IMG/VR virus record: IMGVR_UViG_3300049216_000067
DNA: 64,000 nucleotides
Direction: 5' to 3' (one strand)
Source: a virus
Below, piece by piece: positions 10,971 through 20,382 of this stretch (its first letter is position 1; every line of letters begins with the position of its first letter). A program made the position numbers and the translations under genes. Below the pieces are notes generated by a model, which was given only the letters and a program-made list of their open reading frames with translations, was not told the DNA's origin and made no database searches.

Positions 10971-13969
10971 TAGCCGATAGCGAAGTAAGAGGTTGATGTC
11001 CAACCAATCGAGCCGCCTAGATAACCTGTATAGAAAGTGAAAGATGATGCGTTAGAAGCCGTCGTTCCTACTGGTGGCGTACCACCATCAGGGTTTGCAA
11101 TGGCAAACAATGTTCCATTCGGGAATGGGGTATTGTAAGTAATCACATATGGACCAGCCTGACCGGTTCCTGTAAGACCAACCTTACCCCATTGTAGATA
11201 AAGACCGCTGGTTAATTGGATGTACCCATTGGCTGATAATGATTGAGAAAGTGCCGCATTAGCCGCGCTCCAACTACCATCTCCATGAAGAACGCTGTTA
11301 GCGTTGCCTCCAGAGGCAGGAACAATACCAGCAACATTAGCTGTAAAGAAATTCAATCCTTGTGTTGCTATGTTGGTTATCCTACCTCTTGAATCTACTG
11401 TAAGAGTTGGGAAATAGAACTGACTACCATAGCTTCCAGAAGAAACTCCGGTTGCTGCATTAGCCGCGTTAGCTGCTGCATATGCTTCTTCTGCAACTGT
11501 AAGAGCATTATTAATAGATGTATTCAGTGACGCCAAATTAGCTTGGAACGCAACATTAGTCTGCATGGTTCCGTTAGCCGTAATAGAAATATTAATAGTT
11601 GATGTGTTATTAAAATTCAAATTCGAAGCAGCGAGGACCAAATGACCATTAGCATAAACTGCTGTTGTGTTGGCTGCACTGTTTGCTTCAATGTAAGCAG
11701 CTGTTGCAATATTTAAAGCATTGTTAGCGATGTTAGCTGTTTGAGTAACAGTACTTTGACTTGTTCCAGTAAATGCTTCAATCGTGATAGATTTCAGGTT
11801 AAAAGTGTGTGCGTTGCTATCGGTGTTCAAAATACCAATACAAAGATTTTTACTGTATCCATTATCGTTTTCATAATAAAACACACCATTAGCAGTGAAT
11901 GAACCGGTAAGACCATTAGCAGCAAAAAAAACATTGCCGTTTGGACTTCCGGTCAATACCAAATTCCATGGTGCAGAATTATCTGTTGTGATTTTTATAC
12001 CGGTGATCAATCCTCTTTCTGTAAAGTTAGGAATATTGAAATAAGTATAAGGGCCATAACTTCCACTATTGGTGACCGCACCTAAATTATTTGAAAGATT
12101 TATGAATTGAAAACCGGTTCCAACATTACCGTTTGCGTTAGCAGTGTTACCTAATGCTTCTATACGAAGAACATCTAGGTTAAAGGAAGCATTGTTATTG
12201 CGGTTACTAATACCGATATAAACAGAATTAGATGTATATCCATTGGCAGTCAATGCGTCGTTTTCATAATAGAACACTGCACCAGTGTTGTATGAATTGA
12301 CAACACCCGTTGCAGACAAGAAAAGATTTCCAGTTGCAGCTGGAGAACCACGGACAACAATATCGAAACTAGTATTAGTGTTAGACGTAACGCTGAAGTC
12401 GCTTATGAATCCTCTGCCAGCTATGTTAGGAACAGCAAAGTAAGTGTAATTACTCGTGCTTCCATTTGCATTAACTATACCTAACACGGTGTTAGTTTTT
12501 ATTATATGAGTAGTTAAGTTAGTACTTGCATCGATAATTTCTGCACGAACACCAAGAGCAATAAACGTACTTGCATTACTACCTGGATTCATAATACCAA
12601 TGTACATGTTGGTATCTGTCGTATAGTCTGCTTGATAGAAAAACAATTCACTGATTGTGAATGTATTGGTGCTTATACCATTAGCAGAATAAAAAATATT
12701 GCTAGAATTTGCATATCCAGCGATAACAAAATTCCAAGGATATGGACCTAAGTCGTTTGTCTGAATAACAAGACTACTGATAAATCCACTTTGCGCGTTA
12801 ATAGATAATGGAAAGTAAGTGAAGCTGTTTGCTAGGATAGGTGGAGTGCCCAACGTAATGTTGTTTGCGTAATATCTATCTGATCCACCACCTAATGCTT
12901 GTGTTGCGGTTACAGAATCAAAAAATAGTGTGATCAAATTTCCAGTAGAATTACCAGTGATAATAACGTTTGAACCGGCATTACTAAAATTAATTACATT
13001 GGCATTGCCAATCACAAGACTGTTCAATTCAATTGTCACATTGCTTGATGAATTGCTGCTGCCTCCACCGTTGCCACTTCCTGCACCACCCAAAAATTCA
13101 CGGACTTCAACAAAGTCTGTCGCATTGCAGTTAGATGTAAAGGTTAGTGTAGATCCTACAAGTGTGTAGGCATTACCAGGAGGTTGCACAAGACCGTTTC
13201 TTGTGACAATAACATTGTTGGCATTGTTTGGTGTGACAGATAAGGTGAAAATAGTTTGATTAGCTGTGGCCACAAACTGATCACTATCGATAGAAAGATT
13301 AGCAGTTGGACCTGTCGCGCCAGTTGGACCTGTCGCGCCTGTAGAGCCTGTAGCACCTGTTGCGCCTGATGGGCCGCTAGCACCCGTTGCTCCAGAACCC
13401 GTGGCTCCTGTGGCTCCTAATGAGCCTGTAGCGCCTGTTGCGCCAGTAGCTCCCGCTCCTGTAGCACCAGTTGGACCTGTCGCGCCTGTAGAGCCTGTAG
13501 CACCTGTTGCTCCTGTTGATCCATTAGGGCCTGTTGGACCCGTAGGACCAGAAGGTCCGGTTGGACCTACGGCACCAGATGCGCCTGTAGCACCAGCACC
13601 CGTAGCACCGGCAGGACCGGTCGCACCCGTAGCGCCAGTTGCACCCGTAGCTCCGCTACTAATACTGTTGAGGTAAATATTAACGCGGTTGTTGGCATAA
13701 TCGTCCGTGACGATAAGAATCGTATTCGGACCATTAGAAAAATCAAGAGTCGTTGTAGTATTAACAAAGACATTATTGTTTTGAATGGTAAGAGAACCGC
13801 CGCCACCAAGACCACCCCATTCAGTGGTATATCCCTCAAATTCATTAAGACTCGTGTTGTAACGAATGTCTCCTGGCTTTGGATTCGGACGCTGGGCAGT
13901 GTTTCCTGAAGGAAGTCTTAAGGCGTCTGAAGCATTGGAGAAGTCAAATGATGCATTTGATGAGGACAT
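10967..13969 (-). CDS. Collagen-containing tail fibre protein
   Basis: 1000 aa; N-terminal [12 protein letters not shown]...[15 protein letters not shown] anchor motif, Gly-X-Thr tract, three related internal YTYF beta modules, C-terminal [16 protein letters not shown] fibre-tip domain. Confidence 0.85.
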   Translation of the reverse strand: MSSSNASFDFSNASDALRLPSGNTAQRPNPKPGDIRYNTSLNEFEGYTTEWGGLGGGGSLTIQNNNVFVNTTTTLDFSNGPNTILIVTDDYANNRVNIYLNSISSGATGATGATGATGPAGATGAGATGASGAVGPTGPSGPTGPTGPNGSTGATGATGSTGATGPTGATGAGATGATGATGSLGATGATGSGATGASGPSGATGATGSTGATGPTGATGPTANLSIDSDQFVATANQTIFTLSVTPNNANNVIVTRNGLVQPPGNAYTLVGSTLTFTSNCNATDFVEVREFLGGAGSGNGGGSSNSSSNVTIELNSLVIGNANVINFSNAGSNVIITGNSTGNLITLFFDSVTATQALGGGSDRYYANNITLGTPPILANSFTYFPLSINAQSGFISSLVIQTNDLGPYPWNFVIAGYANSSNIFYSANGISTNTFTISELFFYQADYTTDTNMYIGIMNPGSNASTFIALGVRAEIIDASTNLTTHIIKTNTVLGIVNANGSTSNYTYFAVPNIAGRGFISDFSVTSNTNTSFDIVVRGSPAATGNLFLSATGVVNSYNTGAVFYYENDALTANGYTSNSVYIGISNRNNNASFNLDVLRIEALGNTANANGNVGTGFQFINLSNNLGAVTNSGSYGPYTYFNIPNFTERGLITGIKITTDNSAPWNLVLTGSPNGNVFFAANGLTGSFTANGVFYYENDNGYSKNLCIGILNTDSNAHTFNLKSITIEAFTGTSQSTVTQTANIANNALNIATAAYIEANSAANTTAVYANGHLVLAASNLNFNNTSTINISITANGTMQTNVAFQANLASLNTSINNALTVAEEAYAAANAANAATGVSSGSYGSQFYFPTLTVDSRGRITNIATQGLNFFTANVAGIVPASGGNANSVLHGDGSWSAANAALSQSLSANGYIQLTSGLYLQWGKVGLTGTGQAGPYVITYNTPFPNGTLFAIANPDGGTPPVGTTASNASSFTFYTGYLGGSIGWTSTSYFAIGY

Positions 13970-13994
13970 GGGATACCTGAAAGGTGAATCCCAT

Positions 13995-14001
13995 TATTTA
14001 G
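13995..14001 (-). promoter_or_regulatory. Late promoter CTAAATA
   Basis: Intergenic tatttag upstream of the fibre gene. Confidence 0.6.
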
Positions 14002-14004
14002 GGC

Positions 14005-15075
14005 CTATCGGGTATACCAGCCGTTGCCACCATGAACATTAAGAACATCCTGGAAGAATTTTTCATACTTGGGTGCAATAGCTTCCAGAGTGTAATTCTG
14101 TGCCTGCTTCAAACAGTTGTCCGTGTCGATGTTATGAATGTTCTCTACGGCTCGACAGAAGTCTCCGAATGTCCTGCATCTGAATCCTGTTACACCTTCA
14201 ATATTGTACTCAGTGAAAGCTCCCCAGTCGGTTGTAATAATAGGAGTTCCACAGAAAAGGTTTTCGATAGCCACACCACCAAACGGTTCAAGGTACAGGC
14301 TAGCCACAAAACTTGCTGTGGCTCCAGACATGAGTTTCTTGCGCTTCTCAACATCCGCGTACCCAACGTATTCCACATGCTTAGGAAATTTAATAGATCC
14401 GTCTGATTGACCAGCAATGACTAACTTTTTACCCATTGCTTCGGTCACTTCGATTGCTATGTTTACACCTTTACCATCATAAACACGCCCAAGGTATAGG
14501 TAATAATCTTCTTTCTTAGCCTGAAATTGAAAATCATCCGGATCAAAATAGTTTGGGATCACCACTTCATACCAGTTCTGTTGACATGTTCCAACAGAAG
14601 TCATACCACAATGAGCATGATAGATTGCATAAGACTCGAAAACTTTCCATTGAGCCGGGGTAACACTTGGATAACCAATTCCAGGCTCGACAATGATCAT
14701 ATCTCTATGAGCTTCACAGACCGGCCAAACACCCCATCCCCAGAAAGGTAATAAGATATCACCAGGCTTTTTTCTTTTGGTTATTTCTTTAATAGCATTG
14801 GCATGAAAAGTAGTATGAGCATGATCAGTAGCATTGTGCTTAAAGAAGTTCTTTCGCCAATCATATGAACCATAGGCAATTTCTAGATCGTTATTTGTGA
14901 TAACCGGAACGTTTTCAGTGCAGGGAACGTCACTATCAGGGTGACCGTAATGAATTACTTCATGACCACGAGCCATCATCATTTTGCCGAACTTCCACAC
15001 CTTTTGTGTGAAAGCACAGGCGTTATATTCTTTACTGGTAACCGTGTGCGGTACACCTAAGATGTGAAATCTCAT
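14005..15075 (-). CDS. Glycosyltransferase (GT-B fold, GT4-like)
   Basis: 356 aa; YLGRVYDGKGV and SLYLEPFGGVAIENLFCGTPIITTDWG (E-x7-E). Confidence 0.9.
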   Translation of the reverse strand: MRFHILGVPHTVTSKEYNACAFTQKVWKFGKMMMARGHEVIHYGHPDSDVPCTENVPVITNNDLEIAYGSYDWRKNFFKHNATDHAHTTFHANAIKEITKRKKPGDILLPFWGWGVWPVCEAHRDMIIVEPGIGYPSVTPAQWKVFESYAIYHAHCGMTSVGTCQQNWYEVVIPNYFDPDDFQFQAKKEDYYLYLGRVYDGKGVNIAIEVTEAMGKKLVIAGQSDGSIKFPKHVEYVGYADVEKRKKLMSGATASFVASLYLEPFGGVAIENLFCGTPIITTDWGAFTEYNIEGVTGFRCRTFGDFCRAVENIHNIDTDNCLKQAQNYTLEAIAPKYEKFFQDVLNVHGGNGWYTR

Positions 15076-15302
15076 ATTGTTTTAACCCATTCTTTGAATT
15101 TGTTTAAGTCTTCTTCTTTCTTGAATTTTATTGTTGTATATCCAAACATTTGATGAACGACGTATGGTGAATTATCAGACCCTTCATGTTCTTCCCAAAA
15201 TGTAATCCACTCATCACCTTTATTATTATGAGTATCACGTAGATACTTGAATATGGTTTCACTCAAAGAGTAGTAGGATCGATCCAGTTTAACTACAAAC
15301 AT
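15072..15302 (-). CDS. Hypothetical protein
   Basis: 76 aa, ATGA overlap with GT gene. Confidence 0.55.
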   Translation of the reverse strand: MFVVKLDRSYYSLSETIFKYLRDTHNNKGDEWITFWEEHEGSDNSPYVVHQMFGYTTIKFKKEEDLNKFKEWVKTI

Positions 15303-15305
15303 TAA

Positions 15306-15530
15306 TCATTCCATTCTGAGCCGCTGAGCGTCTTTATAAAATTTATAAACAGATGGAGAGCAGTATTCATCAAAAATTATTCCACTACCTATTAAAATAG
15401 CATCATCAGGTAATTCTTTTTTTCTGATAATTTTTATCTCGGTTAAAGATTTACGATAAAGAACAAATTTGTCAGGCTCAACGTATTCAGTGCCGACAAT
15501 TTCATCAAACTCTTTAACTTCTATTTCCAT
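15306..15530 (-). CDS. Hypothetical protein
   Basis: Probable start MEIEVKEF at 15530, overlapping the oxygenase stop. Confidence 0.45.
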   Translation of the reverse strand: MEIEVKEFDEIVGTEYVEPDKFVLYRKSLTEIKIIRKKELPDDAILIGSGIIFDEYCSPSVYKFYKDAQRLRME

Positions 15531-16093
15531 TTTGGTCCATCTATCCAACCAGCAATGCTGTAACGCATGCCCATTGTGACTGGGAGGGCTGCATGTTCTA
15601 TAAATGAAGGAAAGAAAATAACTGTGCCTTGTGAACGCAAATCCTCAGATTTAGGATGCTCTTGAACACCATACATTTGAAAATCACCATTATCATATGT
15701 AGTAGGATCTGATAACTGAATAATCACAGAAAGTTTACGATGATACTTAGGATCATTATTCATCCAAAATACATCTTGATGCTTCTTGTACTCGCCACGT
15801 TGATCACCGTCATATTCGGCAATCTGAAGGTAATCGAGTTTAGATAGATGGAAATCGAAAAACTGATTATTGGTTTCCATGGCCATTGCCCAAATATCTG
15901 TAAAAAGGAAACCTAACTGAAGATCACCAGGGTAGACCCAACGGACCTTGGATTTGCGATAGTTATTTGTTTCACTTTCACCGTTAACACCCATTTTGGC
16001 GTCGTTAGCCGGTCTAGATTTGGCAACGTTGATGATGAAATCGCAACGTTCTTTAGGATACTTGTTTTTATAATAGGCCCATTCACCGCGCAT
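15521..16093 (-). CDS. 2OG-Fe(II) oxygenase (prolyl-hydroxylase/PKHD-like)
   Basis: 190 aa; YKKHQD (HxD), RKLSVIIQLSDP, FFPSFIEHAALPVTMGMRYSIAGWIDGP. Confidence 0.9.
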   Translation of the reverse strand: MRGEWAYYKNKYPKERCDFIINVAKSRPANDAKMGVNGESETNNYRKSKVRWVYPGDLQLGFLFTDIWAMAMETNNQFFDFHLSKLDYLQIAEYDGDQRGEYKKHQDVFWMNNDPKYHRKLSVIIQLSDPTTYDNGDFQMYGVQEHPKSEDLRSQGTVIFFPSFIEHAALPVTMGMRYSIAGWIDGPKWK

Positions 16094-16134
16094 AATAAAC
16101 TCCTGGGAAAGAACACATTATATAATAAAGTTTT

Positions 16135-16977
16135 TTAAGAGTATGTAATTAAAACCAATCCAGCTGAGCCATTACCACCATAACCACCACTAGGTTGGTT
16201 ATAACCGCCACCGCCACCGCCACCATTACCATTATTATTTGTACCTGAATAACCACCACTACCCGTAGCGTTTTCACTACTTCCAATGTACAATGCAGCT
16301 GGCAAAAAAGCATTATAGCCAGGAGTTCCACCACCATGTGATGGACCAAAACCTAATGAGCCACTTGATCCATTCAAAGTATTAACACCTGTTGATCCGT
16401 TTGCAGTTCCACCTGCTCCAGGTGTAGTGGTTTGGCTAGCACCAGAACCAGATACTGTTCCTCCACCACCAGGCAACGCATTCATAGAAAGTCCACCAGG
16501 ACCTGTAAGAGTTGTAATACCACCATTAGCACCAGCACCACCGGCAGTAGTTGCACCGGCACCACCGGCACCACATACGTAACTAAAAGTTTGTCCTGAT
16601 GTAACAGCAACATTAATGTGAGCGTAACCTGCGCCACCACCTGAACCTAATGGTGGTGATGCGTTAGTATTAGAAGTACAAGATCCACCACCACCACCGC
16701 CCCAAATTTCAATACAAGCGGTAGTAGCACCTAAAGGTACTGTGTTAGATCCGGAACCTGATGTATATGCAACAAATGTGGCTCCAGCATAATATCCAGC
16801 GCCACAAAAAGTGATAATGTTTAATGTGCCACTACTAGGAATAGTGTGACCACTTCCGTTTGATGAATTTGAAGTAACATATGAACCACCATACAAATAT
16901 GAACGTAAATTTCCAGGGCCACCGTATCTGGCTTTTATTTCTTGAAGTGTTAATGGTGGTGATGAAGGAAGAGTCAT
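16135..16977 (-). CDS. Glycine-rich fibre-tip/adhesin-like protein
   Basis: 280 aa; N-terminal [20 protein letters not shown]...LRSYLYGG typical of genes after S74 fibres; IEIWGGGGGG Gly-rich domain. Confidence 0.7.
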   Translation of the reverse strand: MTLPSSPPLTLQEIKARYGGPGNLRSYLYGGSYVTSNSSNGSGHTIPSSGTLNIITFCGAGYYAGATFVAYTSGSGSNTVPLGATTACIEIWGGGGGGSCTSNTNASPPLGSGGGAGYAHINVAVTSGQTFSYVCGAGGAGATTAGGAGANGGITTLTGPGGLSMNALPGGGGTVSGSGASQTTTPGAGGTANGSTGVNTLNGSSGSLGFGPSHGGGTPGYNAFLPAALYIGSSENATGSGGYSGTNNNGNGGGGGGGYNQPSGGYGGNGSAGLVLITYS

Positions 16978-19900
16978 TATCTACCCTCTAACTTATCAAC
17001 CTTGTCACTGAGTTGCTTGATAGCTTCAATCAGTAGTGGCACTAATTTGTCGTAAGAAACAATAAGTTTTTTATGAGTACCAGTTGATACTGCCTGTGGA
17101 AGAACTTTTTGAACGTCTTGAGCCAAGACACCGACCTGTAATCCTTCTCCACCTATTCCTAGTTCTTTTGCTTCAGTGTTCCACTTAAAGTAGACGCCAC
17201 TCAATTCATTCACAGAATCAAGAGCAGAACCAATTGGTCCCAAAACATCCTTCAAAGTGGCATCAGAGGTAGAAGCAAAGTCAACAGCGACCATCTGTCC
17301 ATTAGCGGTCAAAACATAGACACCTGAATTTGCTTCTGGTGTTTGTGCTGAACCAATAGCTGACGTACCAACCAAATACATGTTTTGTGTTTGTGTTGAT
17401 GCATTGATAGATGTAGCTGGTCCTGTAGGACCTGTTGGACCAGTAGGACCTGTTGGACCTGTTGGACCAGCTGTACCAGTAGCACCGGTAGAACCTTGTG
17501 TACCTGTACCTGTGGCACCAGTAGAACCTTGAGTGCCTGTTGGTCCTGTTGGTCCTGTTGGACCGGCTGTACCAGTAGCACCGGTAGAACCTTGTGTACC
17601 TGTGGCACCAGTAGAACCTTGAGTGCCTGTTGGACCTGTTGGACCTGTTGGTCCTGTAGGACCGGCTGTACCAGTAGCACCCGTAGAACCCTGTGTTCCT
17701 GTTGGACCAGTAGAACCCGTTGCACCGATGACTCCAGTACCAGAAGTGTTAACACTGAATGCAATGTTACTTTCTAATGTTCCGTTAGCCGTGACGCTGA
17801 CGTTAACTGTTGCAGTATTGTTGAAATTGACGTTAGCAGAAGTAAGAATCAAAGAACCGTTTGCATAAACTGCTGCAACACCACCAGATCCCGTTGCACC
17901 AGTTGCACCAGCGGCACCACCAGAACCAGAAGGTCCTGTAGGACCAGCAACACCTGTTGCACCAGTTGCACCGACACCTGTAGCACCAGTAGAACCTTGT
18001 GAACCCGAAGGACCAGCAACACCTGTTGCACCAGTTGCACCAGAACCAGTGGCACCAGTAGAACCTTGTGAACCCGAAGGACCAGCAACACCTGTTGCAC
18101 CAGTTGCACCAGAACCAGTGGCACCCGTAGCGCCGCTAGATCCAGACGCACCAGTTGCACCGGCAGATCCGGCAGTACCAGTTGCACCAGTAGAACCAAC
18201 CAAACCAGGTGTACCTGTTGGACCTGTTGGACCGGTAGGTCCTGTCGCACCCGTTGCACCTGAGCCAGTGGCACCGGTAGCACCTGTAGCACCACCGGCA
18301 GGACCTGTTGGACCTGTTGGACCGGTAGCACCGTTAGATCCTGATGCACCTGTTGCGCCAACTAAAGCTGATGTACCAAGAGCAGCAATGTTGACACTGT
18401 ACTGAACATTAGCTGCACCTAATGTAGAATTTGCAGTAACAGAAACATTAAGAGTTGAACTGTTGACAAAGTTCAATAGTGAATTATTAACTCGAATTAC
18501 ACCATTAGCCATGACTCCAACAGTGTTAGCTGCTGAATTTGCTGCTGTGTATGCAAGATTAATATTGTTGGCATTGTTTGATGCTGCGTTGTTTGCAGTA
18601 TTTGCCAAAGTGTAGGATGCTGCAACAGCGTTAGCAGTAGCAGCATTGGCAACGTCAGTAGAAGTGACGCTGTCAATCAAAAGTGTCACACCTTGTTTAG
18701 CAGTTGTTGCAACGTTCGCAGCTATTGTGCCGGTAGCGGTAATAGGACCGCCACCAACGATATTAAGACCTAAGCCGGTAGCGACTGAGGTTACAGATCC
18801 TGAACCACCACCCGAACCACCTGATCCACCCATATTAGATATGACACGGGTAGAAACAATTTCATTGGCTTGAGTTGATGTAAATAGCGTGAGAACGTTA
18901 CCAGCAACAGAATAAGTTGTAGGGTCTTGGACAAGACCGTTACGAGTTACGATAACAAGATTAGCATTGTTACCAGCGACATTAGCTGGCAATATAAAAT
19001 TGACTTGGTTAGCAGTAGAAACTACTGTGTTGCTAACCAAATTAGCTTGAGAATTAAAGAAAAGATCGACGTTGGCACCGTTAGAAGTAACTCCAACGTT
19101 TACTGTTGTGCTGTTAGCAAAATTAAGTTGCTTTTGACTAAAGAAAGTAGAAAAATTAGAAATTACGTTAACAGTTCCACTGCCGCCACCAGAACTTGAT
19201 CCAGTACCACCGGTAGATCCACCGATATAATATGCACCGGCACTGTCAGTATATAATTGAATTACGTCTACGTATCCTGAACCACCAGTAGACAATGTTG
19301 GTGGAGATCCACCTACCCATTGAATGTTAGTAGGCCATGTAACAGTGTTTGCTAGACCTGACTGACGTAGAATCAAAGTAATAGGATAGGTTACAGAGCT
19401 AGAAAGAGTTCCTGTAAATGCAATGTTAATACTACCGTAAAGAGTATTAGCTAATGTGATATCAAAAACATTAGTATTAGCGATGTTGCAATTGACTGTA
19501 TTTGGTGAATTGACTGTACCAACATAAGTGGTCGCTTCACTGAAGCTCGTCAAAGTAGCACTCAAATTAGAAAGATTTGCTGAGCTAAGAATTGTGCTGA
19601 ATACGTTTGTTGAAACGTTGTTGACTTGCCAATTCTCGTTTATCTCACTCCAGAAAATAAATGCTGGCGTGTTTGTTGGTCCACGATAATTTTCAAGATA
19701 AGCGATACCAGGAGAAGCAGCATTTGCATTAAGAATAATAGCATCAGCGTTAATAGCTGATTGACCTTCGATCAAAAAGTTTCCTGATACGGTCAAGTTG
19801 TTGGCATAAACGTTTGTTGAATACAAACTGTTAGCAACAGAAACAATGTTGTTTGGGCTAGAGAAATTAATGTTGTTGCCGGTAACAGCCAAACTACCGT

Positions 19901-20144
19901 TGATAATTTCACCACCAGCAGTAATAGTTCCAGCGACAGAAGCGTTAGAAGCGACCTGGAGTCCAGTGCCACCAGTTTCAGCAATAATAACCGCACCATT
20001 GGCTACTTCAAGGTTACCATTGTCCTTGAAATATGGGTTACCGTTACGAAGTTCGTTAACAGATCCAATAAGGTTATTGACTGCATTGACCTGATCAGCA
20101 AAAGTGTTTGCTAAGGTCAGTAATTGTATATTTGCATTTGCCAT
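16977..20144 (-). CDS. Collagen-like tail fibre with C-terminal peptidase S74 chaperone
   Basis: 1055 aa; two Gly-X-Thr tracts; TSDATLKDV...[15 protein letters not shown]...[17 protein letters not shown]. Confidence 0.85.
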   Translation of the reverse strand: MANANIQLLTLANTFADQVNAVNNLIGSVNELRNGNPYFKDNGNLEVANGAVIIAETGGTGLQVASNASVAGTITAGGEIINGSLAVTGNNINFSSPNNIVSVANSLYSTNVYANNLTVSGNFLIEGQSAINADAIILNANAASPGIAYLENYRGPTNTPAFIFWSEINENWQVNNVSTNVFSTILSSANLSNLSATLTSFSEATTYVGTVNSPNTVNCNIANTNVFDITLANTLYGSINIAFTGTLSSSVTYPITLILRQSGLANTVTWPTNIQWVGGSPPTLSTGGSGYVDVIQLYTDSAGAYYIGGSTGGTGSSSGGGSGTVNVISNFSTFFSQKQLNFANSTTVNVGVTSNGANVDLFFNSQANLVSNTVVSTANQVNFILPANVAGNNANLVIVTRNGLVQDPTTYSVAGNVLTLFTSTQANEIVSTRVISNMGGSGGSGGGSGSVTSVATGLGLNIVGGGPITATGTIAANVATTAKQGVTLLIDSVTSTDVANAATANAVAASYTLANTANNAASNNANNINLAYTAANSAANTVGVMANGVIRVNNSLLNFVNSSTLNVSVTANSTLGAANVQYSVNIAALGTSALVGATGASGSNGATGPTGPTGPAGGATGATGATGSGATGATGPTGPTGPTGTPGLVGSTGATGTAGSAGATGASGSSGATGATGSGATGATGVAGPSGSQGSTGATGSGATGATGVAGPSGSQGSTGATGVGATGATGVAGPTGPSGSGGAAGATGATGSGGVAAVYANGSLILTSANVNFNNTATVNVSVTANGTLESNIAFSVNTSGTGVIGATGSTGPTGTQGSTGATGTAGPTGPTGPTGPTGTQGSTGATGTQGSTGATGTAGPTGPTGPTGTQGSTGATGTGTQGSTGATGTAGPTGPTGPTGPTGPTGPATSINASTQTQNMYLVGTSAIGSAQTPEANSGVYVLTANGQMVAVDFASTSDATLKDVLGPIGSALDSVNELSGVYFKWNTEAKELGIGGEGLQVGVLAQDVQKVLPQAVSTGTHKKLIVSYDKLVPLLIEAIKQLSDKVDKLEGR
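17941..18125. repeat. Near-exact 69-bp tandem repeat in collagen tract
   Basis: ggaccagcaacacctgttgcaccagttgcacc recurs at 17941, 18010 and 18079. Confidence 0.8.
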
Positions 20145-20148
20145 TGAT

Positions 20149-20155
20149 TATTTAG
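20149..20155 (-). promoter_or_regulatory. Late promoter-like CTAAATA overlapping stop codon
   Basis: tatttag spanning TAA 20152-20154; only 4 nt before the next ATG. Confidence 0.45.
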
Positions 20156-20373
20156 ACTATGATTGAAGAATTAGACAACTGACGTAGCATTTCCTTAATT
20201 TCGTTGATGTCACTCTTCATTTGGTTGATATCCAATTCTCGGCTGGATTCTTTTTGAAGATCAGCGACACGTTTTTCGTGACGACGTACTGCCAATTGAT
20301 CAGTATTTAGTACGGCATTTGTGTTCATATCTCTCACCAAATTTTGTTTATCGATTATTTTTGCAGTTTTCAT
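20152..20373 (-). CDS. Conserved small T4-like phage protein
   Basis: 73 aa; LVRDMNTNAVLNTD plus coiled coil DINQMKSDINEIKEMLRQL. Confidence 0.65.
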   Translation of the reverse strand: MKTAKIIDKQNLVRDMNTNAVLNTDQLAVRRHEKRVADLQKESSRELDINQMKSDINEIKEMLRQLSNSSIIV

Positions 20374-20382
20374 TTTAATTCC

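Noticed and set aside
5214-18405. Plus-strand ORFs rich in PVAPVGP (e.g. 5214-5459, 6204-6509, 8964-9665, 13401-13676, 18049-18405)
   Set aside because: Antisense shadows of Gly-X-Thr collagen codons; no RBS or independent signal.
4478-20144. Repetitive tracts as possible CRISPR arrays or DGR template/variable repeats
   Set aside because: Repeats are 9-nt-period coding collagen without unique spacers; no cas or reverse transcriptase gene in the window, and I saw no adenine-specific repeat pair.
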